Shown here one piece after another: positions 8,040-16,614 of a stretch of 64,000 nt of DNA (positions are counted from its first letter, which is position 1; every line of letters begins with the position of its first letter). The notes beneath the pieces are model-generated. The model searched no databases, was not told the origin of the DNA, and was given only the letters and a program-made list of their open reading frames with translations. The position numbers and the translations under genes are program-made. This DNA comes from an uncultured Actinomycetes bacterium (GTDB lineage Bacteria; Actinomycetota; Actinomycetes; Streptosporangiales; Streptosporangiaceae), in contig CAWFDX010000002.1 of NCBI GenBank assembly GCA_963814645.1, positions 368,480-432,479 on the forward strand, given 5' to 3'.

Positions 8040-8852
8040 TTAGGTGTAGAAGCCGTCCGGCGCCCGGCGCATTGACCAGAGCTGGTCGGCGTCGTGCCCG
8101 AAGACCACGGTCGCGTCGGACTGCTCGGCGATGCCGCGCAGCTTCTCCACCGAGGCGTACCACGCGGCCAGGTCGTTGACGATGGCCGCCGGGGTGGCGG
8201 GCGGCCCGTAGGAGTCCCCCATGTACACCGCGTCGGAGGTGAAGATCATCGTCCCGGTGTCCGGCAGATCCACCTTCATGGCCATCGTGCCGGGGGTGTG
8301 CCCGGGCGCCTCGATCAGGGTGACCCCGGGCAGGAACTCGGTGTCGCCGGACACGGTCTGGAAGTCCAGCCCGTCGTAGTCCGCCTTGAGGTGGGCGCCG
8401 TTGAACGCGCCCTGGTAGCCGAATGCCCAGTCCTTCTCCTTGTCGTTGACGACCAGCGCCGGGCCGGCCCCGGCGAACGTGCGCAGGTTCCCGGCATGAT
8501 CGAAATGCAGGTGTGACATCACTACGTAGTCGAGCTGGCCAGGCGAGATGCCGAGCTGGGACAGCCGGGAGTCCAGGTACTGGTCCTCGTCGACCTGGTC
8601 GTAGGGGAAGAACTCGTGCAGGCCGGTGGGCACCCAGCGGGTCTCCCAGTCGCGCGGGCAGCTGGTGTCCCAGAGCATGGTGCCCTCCGGGGTCTCCACC
8701 AGCACCGCGTGCGTGGTGCACGGGTACCACTCGACCGGCTTGTCCCGCTGGCTGCGCGGCCGGATGCTGCGGCCTGGCTTCAGTAGCAGCCAGGTCAGAT
8801 CGCAGCTCATCGAGCCGCAGTCGAGCACGTGCAGCTTCGTTGCTGTGGCCAT
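8040..8852 (-). CDS. MBL-fold lactonase (N-acyl-homoserine-lactonase family)
   Basis: HxHxDH motif (SHLHFDHAGN). N-terminus KLHVLDCGSM and an approximately 270-aa size are typical of AiiB/AttM-type lactonases. An aggag RBS is present. Confidence 0.8.
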   Translation of the reverse strand: MATATKLHVLDCGSMSCDLTWLLLKPGRSIRPRSQRDKPVEWYPCTTHAVLVETPEGTMLWDTSCPRDWETRWVPTGLHEFFPYDQVDEDQYLDSRLSQLGISPGQLDYVVMSHLHFDHAGNLRTFAGAGPALVVNDKEKDWAFGYQGAFNGAHLKADYDGLDFQTVSGDTEFLPGVTLIEAPGHTPGTMAMKVDLPDTGTMIFTSDAVYMGDSYGPPATPAAIVNDLAAWYASVEKLRGIAEQSDATVVFGHDADQLWSMRRAPDGFYT

Positions 8853-9115
8853 GGTGTGCTCCTGGCGTCGGGAGGGATGGGGTCACTGGGTACCCTGCCC
8901 CGGCCGCCCATGGCTATGCCTGCTGTCTGCCATGCCGTAGCAATAAGGAAGTAAAGCCGGGTTTTACTGTGGCTGGCCGAATCCTGGTTGTGCTAATCAG
9001 GGCTACCCCAAATCACCCTGCGGATGGGGTAGAGAAAACCAGCCGAAGAAAGGAGGCATTCTTCGGTCTCCGCACCATACCCTGCGGGTTATAGCGCAGG
9101 TGGGGGAGTCCGACT

Positions 9116-9901
9116 ATGGAGCAGGCGATCCATGATCGCCAGGCTGCGGGGAATGGCCTGGCCGCGCGGGGCATGCCGATGGTGCTGATGTATCACTCGG
9201 TGCAGCCGTACACCGACGATCCGTATCTGGTGACGGTGGGGCCACCCCGCTTCGCGCAGCAGATGCGGTGGCTGGGCCGCCGCGGGCTGCGCGGGGTGTC
9301 GATAGCCGAGCTGCTCGCCGCGCGGGCGGCGGGCGCCGGCAAGGGGCTGGTCGGGCTGACCTTCGACGATGGTTACGCCGATTTCGCCGAGTACGCGCTG
9401 CCGGTGCTGCGGCGCTATGGCTTCAGTGCGACCGTGTTCGTGATCGCTGGCCGGCTGGGCGGGGACAACGTCTGGGACCCGGCCGGCCCGCGCAAACCGT
9501 TGCTGGACGCGGCCCAGGTCAGGCGGCTGGCTGCGGGTGGCGTGGAGATCGGCTCGCACGGGATGCAGCACGTCTCACTGCCCACGGCACACGGCGCGCT
9601 GGCCGCGGAGACCGGGGGCAGTCGGCGCATCCTGCAGGACATCACCGGCCAGCCGGCCAGCGGGTTCTGCTACCCGTACGGCCATCTGGACGCCGGGGTG
9701 GTCACCGCGGTCCGCGCCGCGGGTTACGACTACGGCTGCGCGATCTGGCCGTCGGAGTACGCCGGGCGGCACGCGCTGCCCCGGACCTACATCGGTGACG
9801 CCGACACCTCGCCCCGGCTCTGGGGCAAGGCGGTGCGGCACTGGCTGGCCTGGGCCCACCGCGGCCCGCACGGCGCGCGATCGCGGCCGCGGCCGGCCTG
9901 A
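9116..9901 (+). CDS. Polysaccharide deacetylase family protein
   Basis: NodB-type motifs LTFDDGY and HGMQH are present. RBS gggggag lies upstream. An alternative start is at 9173. Confidence 0.85.
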   Translation: MEQAIHDRQAAGNGLAARGMPMVLMYHSVQPYTDDPYLVTVGPPRFAQQMRWLGRRGLRGVSIAELLAARAAGAGKGLVGLTFDDGYADFAEYALPVLRRYGFSATVFVIAGRLGGDNVWDPAGPRKPLLDAAQVRRLAAGGVEIGSHGMQHVSLPTAHGALAAETGGSRRILQDITGQPASGFCYPYGHLDAGVVTAVRAAGYDYGCAIWPSEYAGRHALPRTYIGDADTSPRLWGKAVRHWLAWAHRGPHGARSRPRPA

Positions 9902-10040
9902 ATATCCCGCACTCTGCGTAGGGCCCCTACCCCTGTTGAGTGACCCGGAGGAGTAAGTCGGCTGGCACACTCGGAATTCGAGAACGAACTCGCTAGGCGC
10001 ATCGGGGGATTTCGCCTAGCCCGAGGCGCAAGGGGGCATA

Positions 10041-11417
10041 GTGGCCGAGCACCGGCTTTCGCTAGCGGTCAACGGGCGGGAAAGCCTGCTCCACCAGAAG
10101 CTGATCACTTACCGTGCCGCGGACCGCGCGGGAGCCGGCCAGGAAAATGCCCGCCAGGGGAGCGCGGGCTCGGTCGCTATTGTCGGGCTGGGGTACGTCG
10201 GGCTGCCCACCGCGGTGGCGCTGCATGGCGCGGCCCGGCGGATCGTCGGTATTGACTTCAATGAGCAGCGGCTGCGGGACATCCTGGCCCGCCGCGCCGA
10301 TCTCGGCGGCCCGGACCGGGAGCGGCTGGCCGCGGCGCTGGCCGAGGGCAGCCTGGAACTGACCACCGACCCGGCCGTGGCCAAGGCGGCCGACAGCGTC
10401 ATCATCTGCGTGCCGACCCCGGTGGACGGCCAGCAGTCCCCGGACCTGTCCGCGCTGCGCGCGGCCTGCGGCACCGTGGTGCAGCACACCCGGCCCGGCC
10501 AGCTCATCGTGCTCACCTCGACCAGCTACGTAGGCACCACCCGGGAGCTGCTGACCGAGCCGCTGGCCGCCCGCGGGCTGGTGGCCGGGGCCGACGTGCA
10601 CGTGGCATTCAGCCCGGAGCGGATCGACCCGGGCAACCCGGATCACGTGCAGCGGGAGACGCCGCGGGTGCTCGGCGGCGCCACGCCGGGCTGCACCAGC
10701 CGGGCCGCCGAGCTGATCGGCCGGCTGACCGACGCGGTGTACCTGGTCAGCTCGACCGACGCCGCGGAGGCCACCAAGCTGTACGAGAACATCTTCCGCG
10801 CCGTGTCGCTGGCGCTGGCCAACGAGTTCGCCGACGCGTGCGGCGCGCTCAGCCTGGACCCGATCGAGGTAACCCTGGCCGCCAGCACCAAGCCGTACGG
10901 CTTCCTGGGCGCGTTCCCCGGTCCCGGCGTGGGCGGGCACTGCATCCCGTGCGACCCGCACTACCTGCTCTGGCAGCTGAATGCGGCCGACCAGAGCGCC
11001 CCGCTGATCGAGCAGGCGATGAAGTCGATCGCGCTGCGCCCGGAACGGGTGATCCAGCGGGCCGCCGAGGTGCTGGCGGCGGACGGGCGCCCGCTGGCTG
11101 GCGCCCGGGTCATCGTGCTCGGCGCGAGCTACAAGGCCGGCGTCCGGGACCTGCGCGAATCACCGGCCCTGGCCATCATGGCCGGGCTGCTCCGGGAGGG
11201 CGCCTCGGTCGGTTATTACGACCCGCTGCTGCCGGTCATCGAGCTGCCCGGCGGCCAGGTGCTGGCCAGCGAGGCGGCGCCGGCCGGGGCCGACTGGGAC
11301 CTGGCGGTGGCGCACACGCTGCACCCTCGGACGGACTACTCCTGGGCATACAGCTGCCCGCGCGTGCTGGACGGCACATATCAGTTCTTTGGTCCGGCCC
11401 ACCGTGCGGTGGTGTGA
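10041..11417 (+). CDS. Nucleotide-sugar (UDP-glucose/GDP-mannose family) dehydrogenase
   Basis: Rossmann motif VAIVGLGYVGLP and catalytic-Cys region GVGGHCIPCDP are present. The C-terminal UDP-binding domain shows VLGASYKAGVRDLRESPA. Confidence 0.85.
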   Translation: MAEHRLSLAVNGRESLLHQKLITYRAADRAGAGQENARQGSAGSVAIVGLGYVGLPTAVALHGAARRIVGIDFNEQRLRDILARRADLGGPDRERLAAALAEGSLELTTDPAVAKAADSVIICVPTPVDGQQSPDLSALRAACGTVVQHTRPGQLIVLTSTSYVGTTRELLTEPLAARGLVAGADVHVAFSPERIDPGNPDHVQRETPRVLGGATPGCTSRAAELIGRLTDAVYLVSSTDAAEATKLYENIFRAVSLALANEFADACGALSLDPIEVTLAASTKPYGFLGAFPGPGVGGHCIPCDPHYLLWQLNAADQSAPLIEQAMKSIALRPERVIQRAAEVLAADGRPLAGARVIVLGASYKAGVRDLRESPALAIMAGLLREGASVGYYDPLLPVIELPGGQVLASEAAPAGADWDLAVAHTLHPRTDYSWAYSCPRVLDGTYQFFGPAHRAVV

Positions 11418-11424
11418 GGCAGCC

Positions 11425-12777
11425 ATGCTCGAGGAGCTGCGCGCGGCCGACGTCACCACCCCGGCGGTGGTGCTCAAGCTGGACCCGAACGTGCTGCACC
11501 ACGGCGGGCTCGGGGTGATCCGCAGCCTGGGCCGGCTCGGCGTGCCGGTGTACGGGGTGCACGAGGGCCGGTGGGCGCCCGCGGCCAGCTCCCGTTACCT
11601 GGCCGGCCGGGTGTTCTGGCAGCCGCCGCCGGACGACGTGGACCGGATCACCGCCGGGCTGCTCGGCCTGGCCGGCCGGATCGGCCGCCCCGCGGTGCTC
11701 CTGCCCACCGACGATGCGGGCGCGATCTTCCTGGCCGAGCACGGCGGGCCGCTGCGGGACAGGTTCCTGTTCGCCGACCCGCCCGCGGAGCTGCCCCGCC
11801 AGGTGGCGGGCAAGTACTCACTGTTCCAGCTGTGCCGGGACCTGGGCGTGCCCAGCCCGCGGGCCACGATGGCCTGGTCGGCCGGGGAGGCCGCGGACTT
11901 CGCGGCCACGGCGGGCTTCCCGGTCATCGGCAAGCTGACCACCCCGTGGCGGGCGGCCGGGTGCCACGACGGGCCGCCGCTGCGCAGCACCACGATCATC
12001 CGCGACCGGGCCGAGCTGGCCGAGGCCTGGCTGCGCTGCACCGAGGCCGGGCTCGGCCTGATGCTCCAGGAGTACCTGCCCGGCGGCCCCGGCCAGGACT
12101 GGTTCTTCCACGGCTACTGCGACACGGCGGGGCGCTGCCAGCCCGCGTTCACCGGGGTCAAGGACCGGTCCTACCCGGCGTATGCCGGGCTGACCAGCCT
12201 GGGCCACGCGGCGCCCAACACCGAGCTGCGCGACCAGCTCACCGGGCTGCTCGCCGCGCTCGGCTTCCGCGGCATCGTCAACCTCGACCTGCGGTTCGAC
12301 CCGCGGGACGGGCGGTACAAGCTGCTCGACTTCAACCCGCGGCTGGGCGCGCAGTTCCGGCTGTTCGAGGACACCGCGGGGGTGGACGTGGCCCGGGCCG
12401 CCTACCTCGACCTGACCGGCCAGCCGATGGCCGGGCGGGCCATGGTGGCGGGCCGCCGGTTCCTGGTGGAGAACTACGACCCGCTGGGCGCGGCCGGCTA
12501 CTGGCGGGCCGGCCAGCTGCGGCTGACCTCGTGGGCGGCCTCGCTGCGCCGGGTGGACGAGCTGGCCTGGTTCGCCCGGGATGACCTGCGGCCATTCGGC
12601 CTGATGTGCCTGCGAATGGGCTGGCGGGCGGTCAGCCGGCCATGGACCCGGGGCTCGCCCGCGCAGCCACGCGCCGCGGGCGAGCCTCGCTATCGGCCCG
12701 GTCGCGGCCCGGCCCCAGCCGCCGCGCATGAGCACCGACCTGACGGCAGGTTTCTTCACGTGGGGGGTAAGGCATGA
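11425..12777 (+). CDS. ATP-grasp domain protein (carboxylate-amine ligase type)
   Basis: Pre-ATP-grasp N-terminus (VVLKLDPNVLHHGGLGVIRSLGRLGVPVYGV) and ATP-grasp core (GFPVIGKL..., MLQEYLPG, NLDLRFDPRDGRYKLLDFNPR). ATG at 11425 is chosen within ORF 11389. Confidence 0.8.
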   Translation: MLEELRAADVTTPAVVLKLDPNVLHHGGLGVIRSLGRLGVPVYGVHEGRWAPAASSRYLAGRVFWQPPPDDVDRITAGLLGLAGRIGRPAVLLPTDDAGAIFLAEHGGPLRDRFLFADPPAELPRQVAGKYSLFQLCRDLGVPSPRATMAWSAGEAADFAATAGFPVIGKLTTPWRAAGCHDGPPLRSTTIIRDRAELAEAWLRCTEAGLGLMLQEYLPGGPGQDWFFHGYCDTAGRCQPAFTGVKDRSYPAYAGLTSLGHAAPNTELRDQLTGLLAALGFRGIVNLDLRFDPRDGRYKLLDFNPRLGAQFRLFEDTAGVDVARAAYLDLTGQPMAGRAMVAGRRFLVENYDPLGAAGYWRAGQLRLTSWAASLRRVDELAWFARDDLRPFGLMCLRMGWRAVSRPWTRGSPAQPRAAGEPRYRPGRGPAPAAAHEHRPDGRFLHVGGKA

Positions 12778-14006
12778 CCGGTAGCACAGACGTAGCCATC
12801 GTGGGGGCGGGGCCGTATGGGCTGTCCGTCGCGGCACACCTGCGCCGCTCCGGGCTGAGTGTCCGGCAGTTCGGGCTGCCGATGCACCTGTGGCGGGCGA
12901 ACATGCCACGCGGCATGTACCTCAAGTCGCAGGGCTTCGCGTCCAACCTGTCCGACCCGGACGCCGCGTTCACGCTGAGCGCGTTCTGCCGGTCATCCGG
13001 CCGCCCGTATGCCGACTACGGCCTGCCGGTGCCGCTGGACACGTTCGTCGCCTACGGCGCGTGGTTCCAGCAGGCGGCCGGGCTGGAGGTGACCGAGGTC
13101 ATGGTCACCAGCCTGGCCGCCGCGGCGGGCGGCTACCAGCTCAGCCTGGCCGACGGGGGCACGGTGACCGCCCGCCAGGTGGTGCTGGCCATCGGCGTGG
13201 AGCACTTCGCCTACCTGCCCGCCGAGCTGGCCGGGCTGCCCGCCGCGGCGTGCACGCACAGCTCGGCGCACAACGACCTGGCCACGTTCCGCGGCCAGCG
13301 GGTGCTGGTCGTCGGGGCCGGCCAGTCGGCGCTGGAATCGGCCGCGCTGCTGCACGAGAGCGGAGCCGACGTGCGGATGGTGATGCGCAAGCAGCAGGTG
13401 GTGTGGAATGGCGCCCCGCTGGCCCTGGACCGGCCGCTGCTGCAGCGGCTGCGGGAACCGGAGGCCGGGCTCGGCTCCGGCTGGGGCACCTGGTTCTACT
13501 CCCGGCAGCCAGCCATGTTCCGGCACCTGCCCGAGTCCACCCGGATCTACCGGGCCCGGACCGCGCTCGGCCCGGCCGGGGCCAGCTGGCTGCGCGGCCG
13601 GGTGGAGGGTGAGTTCCCGATCCTGGCCGGCCACTCGCTGGCCGGGGCGGCTAGCGGGCCGGACGGGGTCCGGCTGGCCGTCACCGACAGCGCCGGGCAG
13701 CGCACCGAGCTGGCCGCCGACCACATCATCGCGGCCACCGGCTACCGGCCGGACCTGAGCCGGCTGTCCGTCCTCGGCCCCGAGCTGCGGGCCGGGCTGC
13801 GCACGGTGGCCCGCACCCCGGCGCTGGACCGCGACTACCAGACCAGCGCGCCCGGGCTGTACGTGGTCGGCCCGGGTGTCGCGCCGACGTTCGGACCGGT
13901 GATGCGGTTCGTGTATGGCACGGATCACGCGGCGCGGACCGTGGCGCGGCGGGTCTCCGCCGCGGCCGGCCAGCGCGCCGACCTGACAGTGGGGGCGCCG
14001 CAGTGA
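12774..14006 (+). CDS. Two-dinucleotide-site flavoprotein (class B monooxygenase / K_oxygenase-like)
   Basis: GAGPYG (FAD) at the N-terminus and a second VVGAGQSA (NADPH) site. ATGA overlap with the ATP-grasp stop. Confidence 0.7.
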   Translation: MTGSTDVAIVGAGPYGLSVAAHLRRSGLSVRQFGLPMHLWRANMPRGMYLKSQGFASNLSDPDAAFTLSAFCRSSGRPYADYGLPVPLDTFVAYGAWFQQAAGLEVTEVMVTSLAAAAGGYQLSLADGGTVTARQVVLAIGVEHFAYLPAELAGLPAAACTHSSAHNDLATFRGQRVLVVGAGQSALESAALLHESGADVRMVMRKQQVVWNGAPLALDRPLLQRLREPEAGLGSGWGTWFYSRQPAMFRHLPESTRIYRARTALGPAGASWLRGRVEGEFPILAGHSLAGAASGPDGVRLAVTDSAGQRTELAADHIIAATGYRPDLSRLSVLGPELRAGLRTVARTPALDRDYQTSAPGLYVVGPGVAPTFGPVMRFVYGTDHAARTVARRVSAAAGQRADLTVGAPQ

Positions 14007-15472
14007 GCAGGACACCGCAGCTGGCCGGGCGCCGGCCGGCCAGGACCACCCCGGCGGACGGCCCGGACATGGGCCAGCCGGGCCCGGACGGCCCGGCCCC
14101 GGGCCCCGACCAGGGCCGCCCGGGGCCGGGCCGCCCGGAGATGAACCACGGAGCGGGACGGGATGGCGGCGCGCGGTTGGCCGCGGCCGGCCTGCCGCTG
14201 GCCGACCTGCTGACGCTGGCCGCCGTAGCTGGCGGCGGGCTGCTGCTCAGCGGGCTGCCCGGCTGGCTGCTGGCCGGCTACGCGGCGGGTGTGTTCGCCG
14301 GGCTGTATGTGCTGGGACTGCACCGGCTGCGGATCTGCCTGCGGGTGGCCGACCAGGCCGGCCGCATTACGGTCGCGGCGGCCCTGCCCGGGTTGCTGGT
14401 ACTGCCCTGGGCGGCCGATCCGGTCCAGCTGCTCCAGCTGATCGCGGTCACCGCGGTGGCGCTGATCGCGGTCCGCACGGCCGGCGCCGCCGCGCTGCGC
14501 GCGGCACACCGCCGTGGCCGGCTGACCGAGCGGGCCGTGCTGGCCGGAGCGGGCCCGGCCAGCGAGCAACTGGCCCGGCTGCTGCGTGAGCATCCCGAGC
14601 TGGGGCTGCGGGCCACCAGCTGCGCCTCGGTGGCGGACCTGGCCGGGCTGGCCGGGCGGCACCGGGCCAGCCGGGTCATCGTGGCCGGCCTGGACGGCGA
14701 CCAGCCCGCCGCGGCCGCGGCGCTGCGCGCCTGCCGTCAGCTCGGCGCGGACGTGTGCGTGCTGCCCCGGCTCAGCGAGCTGGGCATGGCCGTGCCGGCC
14801 GGCTGCCTGGACGAGGTGTGGGGGGTGCCGCTGATCCCGTTGCGGCGGGCCGGCCGGCTCAGCCCCGGCCGGGTGGCCAAGCGGGCGGTGGATGTCGGGG
14901 CCGCGCTGGCCGCGCTGGCCATCACCGGGCCGGTGCTCGCGGCGGCCGCAGTGGTGGTGCGTCTCCGGCTGCCCCGCCCGGTGCTGTTCCGCCAGGTCCG
15001 CGTCGTGGGCGGCGGAAAGCTGGCCGAGATCGTCAAGCTGCGCACGCTGGGCCAGCACGGCGACCCGGACACCGCCTGGCGGGTGCCCGACGAGAAGTGC
15101 GGCCCGCTGGGCCGGTTCCTCCGCATTACCCACGTCGACGAGCTGCCGCAACTGGTCAGTGTGCTGCGCGGGGACATGTCCCTGGTCGGCCCGCGCCCGG
15201 AGCGGCCGCACTACACCCGCCAGTTCAGCCAGGACATCCCGGGTTACGCGGCCCGGCAGCGGATGCCGGCCGGGATGACCGGCTGGGCCCAGGTGCACGG
15301 GCTGAACGGCGACACCTCGATCACCGACCGGGCCCGGTTCGACAACGCCTACATCGAGTACTGGTCGTTCTGGCTCGATCTGGTGATCCTGGCCCGCACC
15401 GTGACCAGCGTGACGGCGGAAGCAGCAGGCGAGCTGCGTGACCGGAGTTCCCACCGAGGAGGCCGAGTATGA
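14003..15472 (+). CDS. Polyprenyl glycosylphosphotransferase (bacterial sugar transferase, priming enzyme)
   Basis: C-terminal catalytic domain DELPQLVSVLRGDMSLVGPRPERP...GMTGWAQV follows N-terminal TM segments. GTGA overlap with the upstream stop. Confidence 0.85.
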   Translation: MSRTPQLAGRRPARTTPADGPDMGQPGPDGPAPGPDQGRPGPGRPEMNHGAGRDGGARLAAAGLPLADLLTLAAVAGGGLLLSGLPGWLLAGYAAGVFAGLYVLGLHRLRICLRVADQAGRITVAAALPGLLVLPWAADPVQLLQLIAVTAVALIAVRTAGAAALRAAHRRGRLTERAVLAGAGPASEQLARLLREHPELGLRATSCASVADLAGLAGRHRASRVIVAGLDGDQPAAAAALRACRQLGADVCVLPRLSELGMAVPAGCLDEVWGVPLIPLRRAGRLSPGRVAKRAVDVGAALAALAITGPVLAAAAVVVRLRLPRPVLFRQVRVVGGGKLAEIVKLRTLGQHGDPDTAWRVPDEKCGPLGRFLRITHVDELPQLVSVLRGDMSLVGPRPERPHYTRQFSQDIPGYAARQRMPAGMTGWAQVHGLNGDTSITDRARFDNAYIEYWSFWLDLVILARTVTSVTAEAAGELRDRSSHRGGRV

Positions 15473-16614
15473 AGGTCCTGCATGTGATCACCGGCCTGGG
15501 GGTCGGCGGCGCGGAACACCAGCTCCGGTCGATCCTGCAGCACACCCGGCACGAGTCCGACGTGGTGACCCTGTACAACCCGGGGCCGGTCGCGGACATG
15601 ATCCGGGCCGATGGCGGGTCGGTGCGGGACCTCGGGATGACCAGCAACACGCAGATCTCCGCGCTGTTCCGGCTGCGCCGGCTGATCCGGGCCGGCCGCT
15701 ACGACGTGGTGCACGCCCACCTGTACCGGTCCCAGATCTACGGGCGGCCCGCGGCCTGGCTGGCCGCCACCCCGGTGATCCTGAGCACCGAGCACTCGAT
15801 CGGCGAGACGCACCTGGAGCGCAGGCCGATGACACCGGGTGTCCGGGCGCTGTACCTGGGCACCGAGTTCCTGTCCGACATCACGATCGCGGTGTCCCCG
15901 GCGGTCCGCGAGCGGCTGCTCAAGTGGGGGGTCCGGGACCGCCGGATGACCGTCATCGCGAACGGCGTGGACATGCAACGGGTCGCGTTCGACGAGCACG
16001 CCAGGGACCGGGTCCGGGCCGAGTTCGGCATCGGCGCGGACGTCTACCTGATCGGGGTGCTCGGCCGTCTCGACCCGAACAAGCAGTTCGACATGGTCAT
16101 CGAGGCGTCGGCGCCGCTGCTCGGCGACGACGTCAAGCTGCTCATCGTGGGCAAGGGCAACGAGCGGGACCACCTGGAGCAGGTCGCCCGCGACCGCGGC
16201 GTGGCCGGTCAGGTGATCTTCGCCGGGGAGCGGCACGACGTCGCCGACATGCTGTCCGCGATGGACCTGTTCGTGGCGTCCTCCAAGCAGGAGACGTTCG
16301 GCCTGTCCGTGCTGGAAGGGCTGGCCAACGGGCTGCCCGTGCTGTACACCGCCTGCCCGGCCCTGGACGGCCTGGCGGTGACCCGGGCCGGCCAGGTGCC
16401 GCAGGCCGCGGCCGGGATACGCGACGCCATGGCGGCCGAACTGGCGGCCGGCCAGCGGCCGCGGATCGCCGAGCCGGCGGTGGAGAAGGAGTACAGCATC
16501 GAGGCCGTCACCGCGCGGATTGACGACCTGTACGAGCACCTGGCCGCCCGCCGCCGGTGGCGGACCGTGCTCCGGGCCATGGGGCCGCGGGCGGGGGCGG
16601 GGGGATCGCGATGA
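15469..16614 (+). CDS. Glycosyltransferase family 4
   Basis: MKVLHVITGLGVGGAEH N-terminus and a GT-B C-terminal E-x7-E-like region (SKQETFGLSVLEGLANGLPV). ATGA overlap upstream. Confidence 0.85.
   Translation: MKVLHVITGLGVGGAEHQLRSILQHTRHESDVVTLYNPGPVADMIRADGGSVRDLGMTSNTQISALFRLRRLIRAGRYDVVHAHLYRSQIYGRPAAWLAATPVILSTEHSIGETHLERRPMTPGVRALYLGTEFLSDITIAVSPAVRERLLKWGVRDRRMTVIANGVDMQRVAFDEHARDRVRAEFGIGADVYLIGVLGRLDPNKQFDMVIEASAPLLGDDVKLLIVGKGNERDHLEQVARDRGVAGQVIFAGERHDVADMLSAMDLFVASSKQETFGLSVLEGLANGLPVLYTACPALDGLAVTRAGQVPQAAAGIRDAMAAELAAGQRPRIAEPAVEKEYSIEAVTARIDDLYEHLAARRRWRTVLRAMGPRAGAGGSR

Noticed and set aside
11425-12777. ATP-grasp enzyme as a graspetide/RiPP maturase
   Set aside because: No short precursor-peptide ORF is adjacent. 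The gene is translationally coupled into a run of sugar-metabolism genes, so a glycan-modifying role is more parsimonious.
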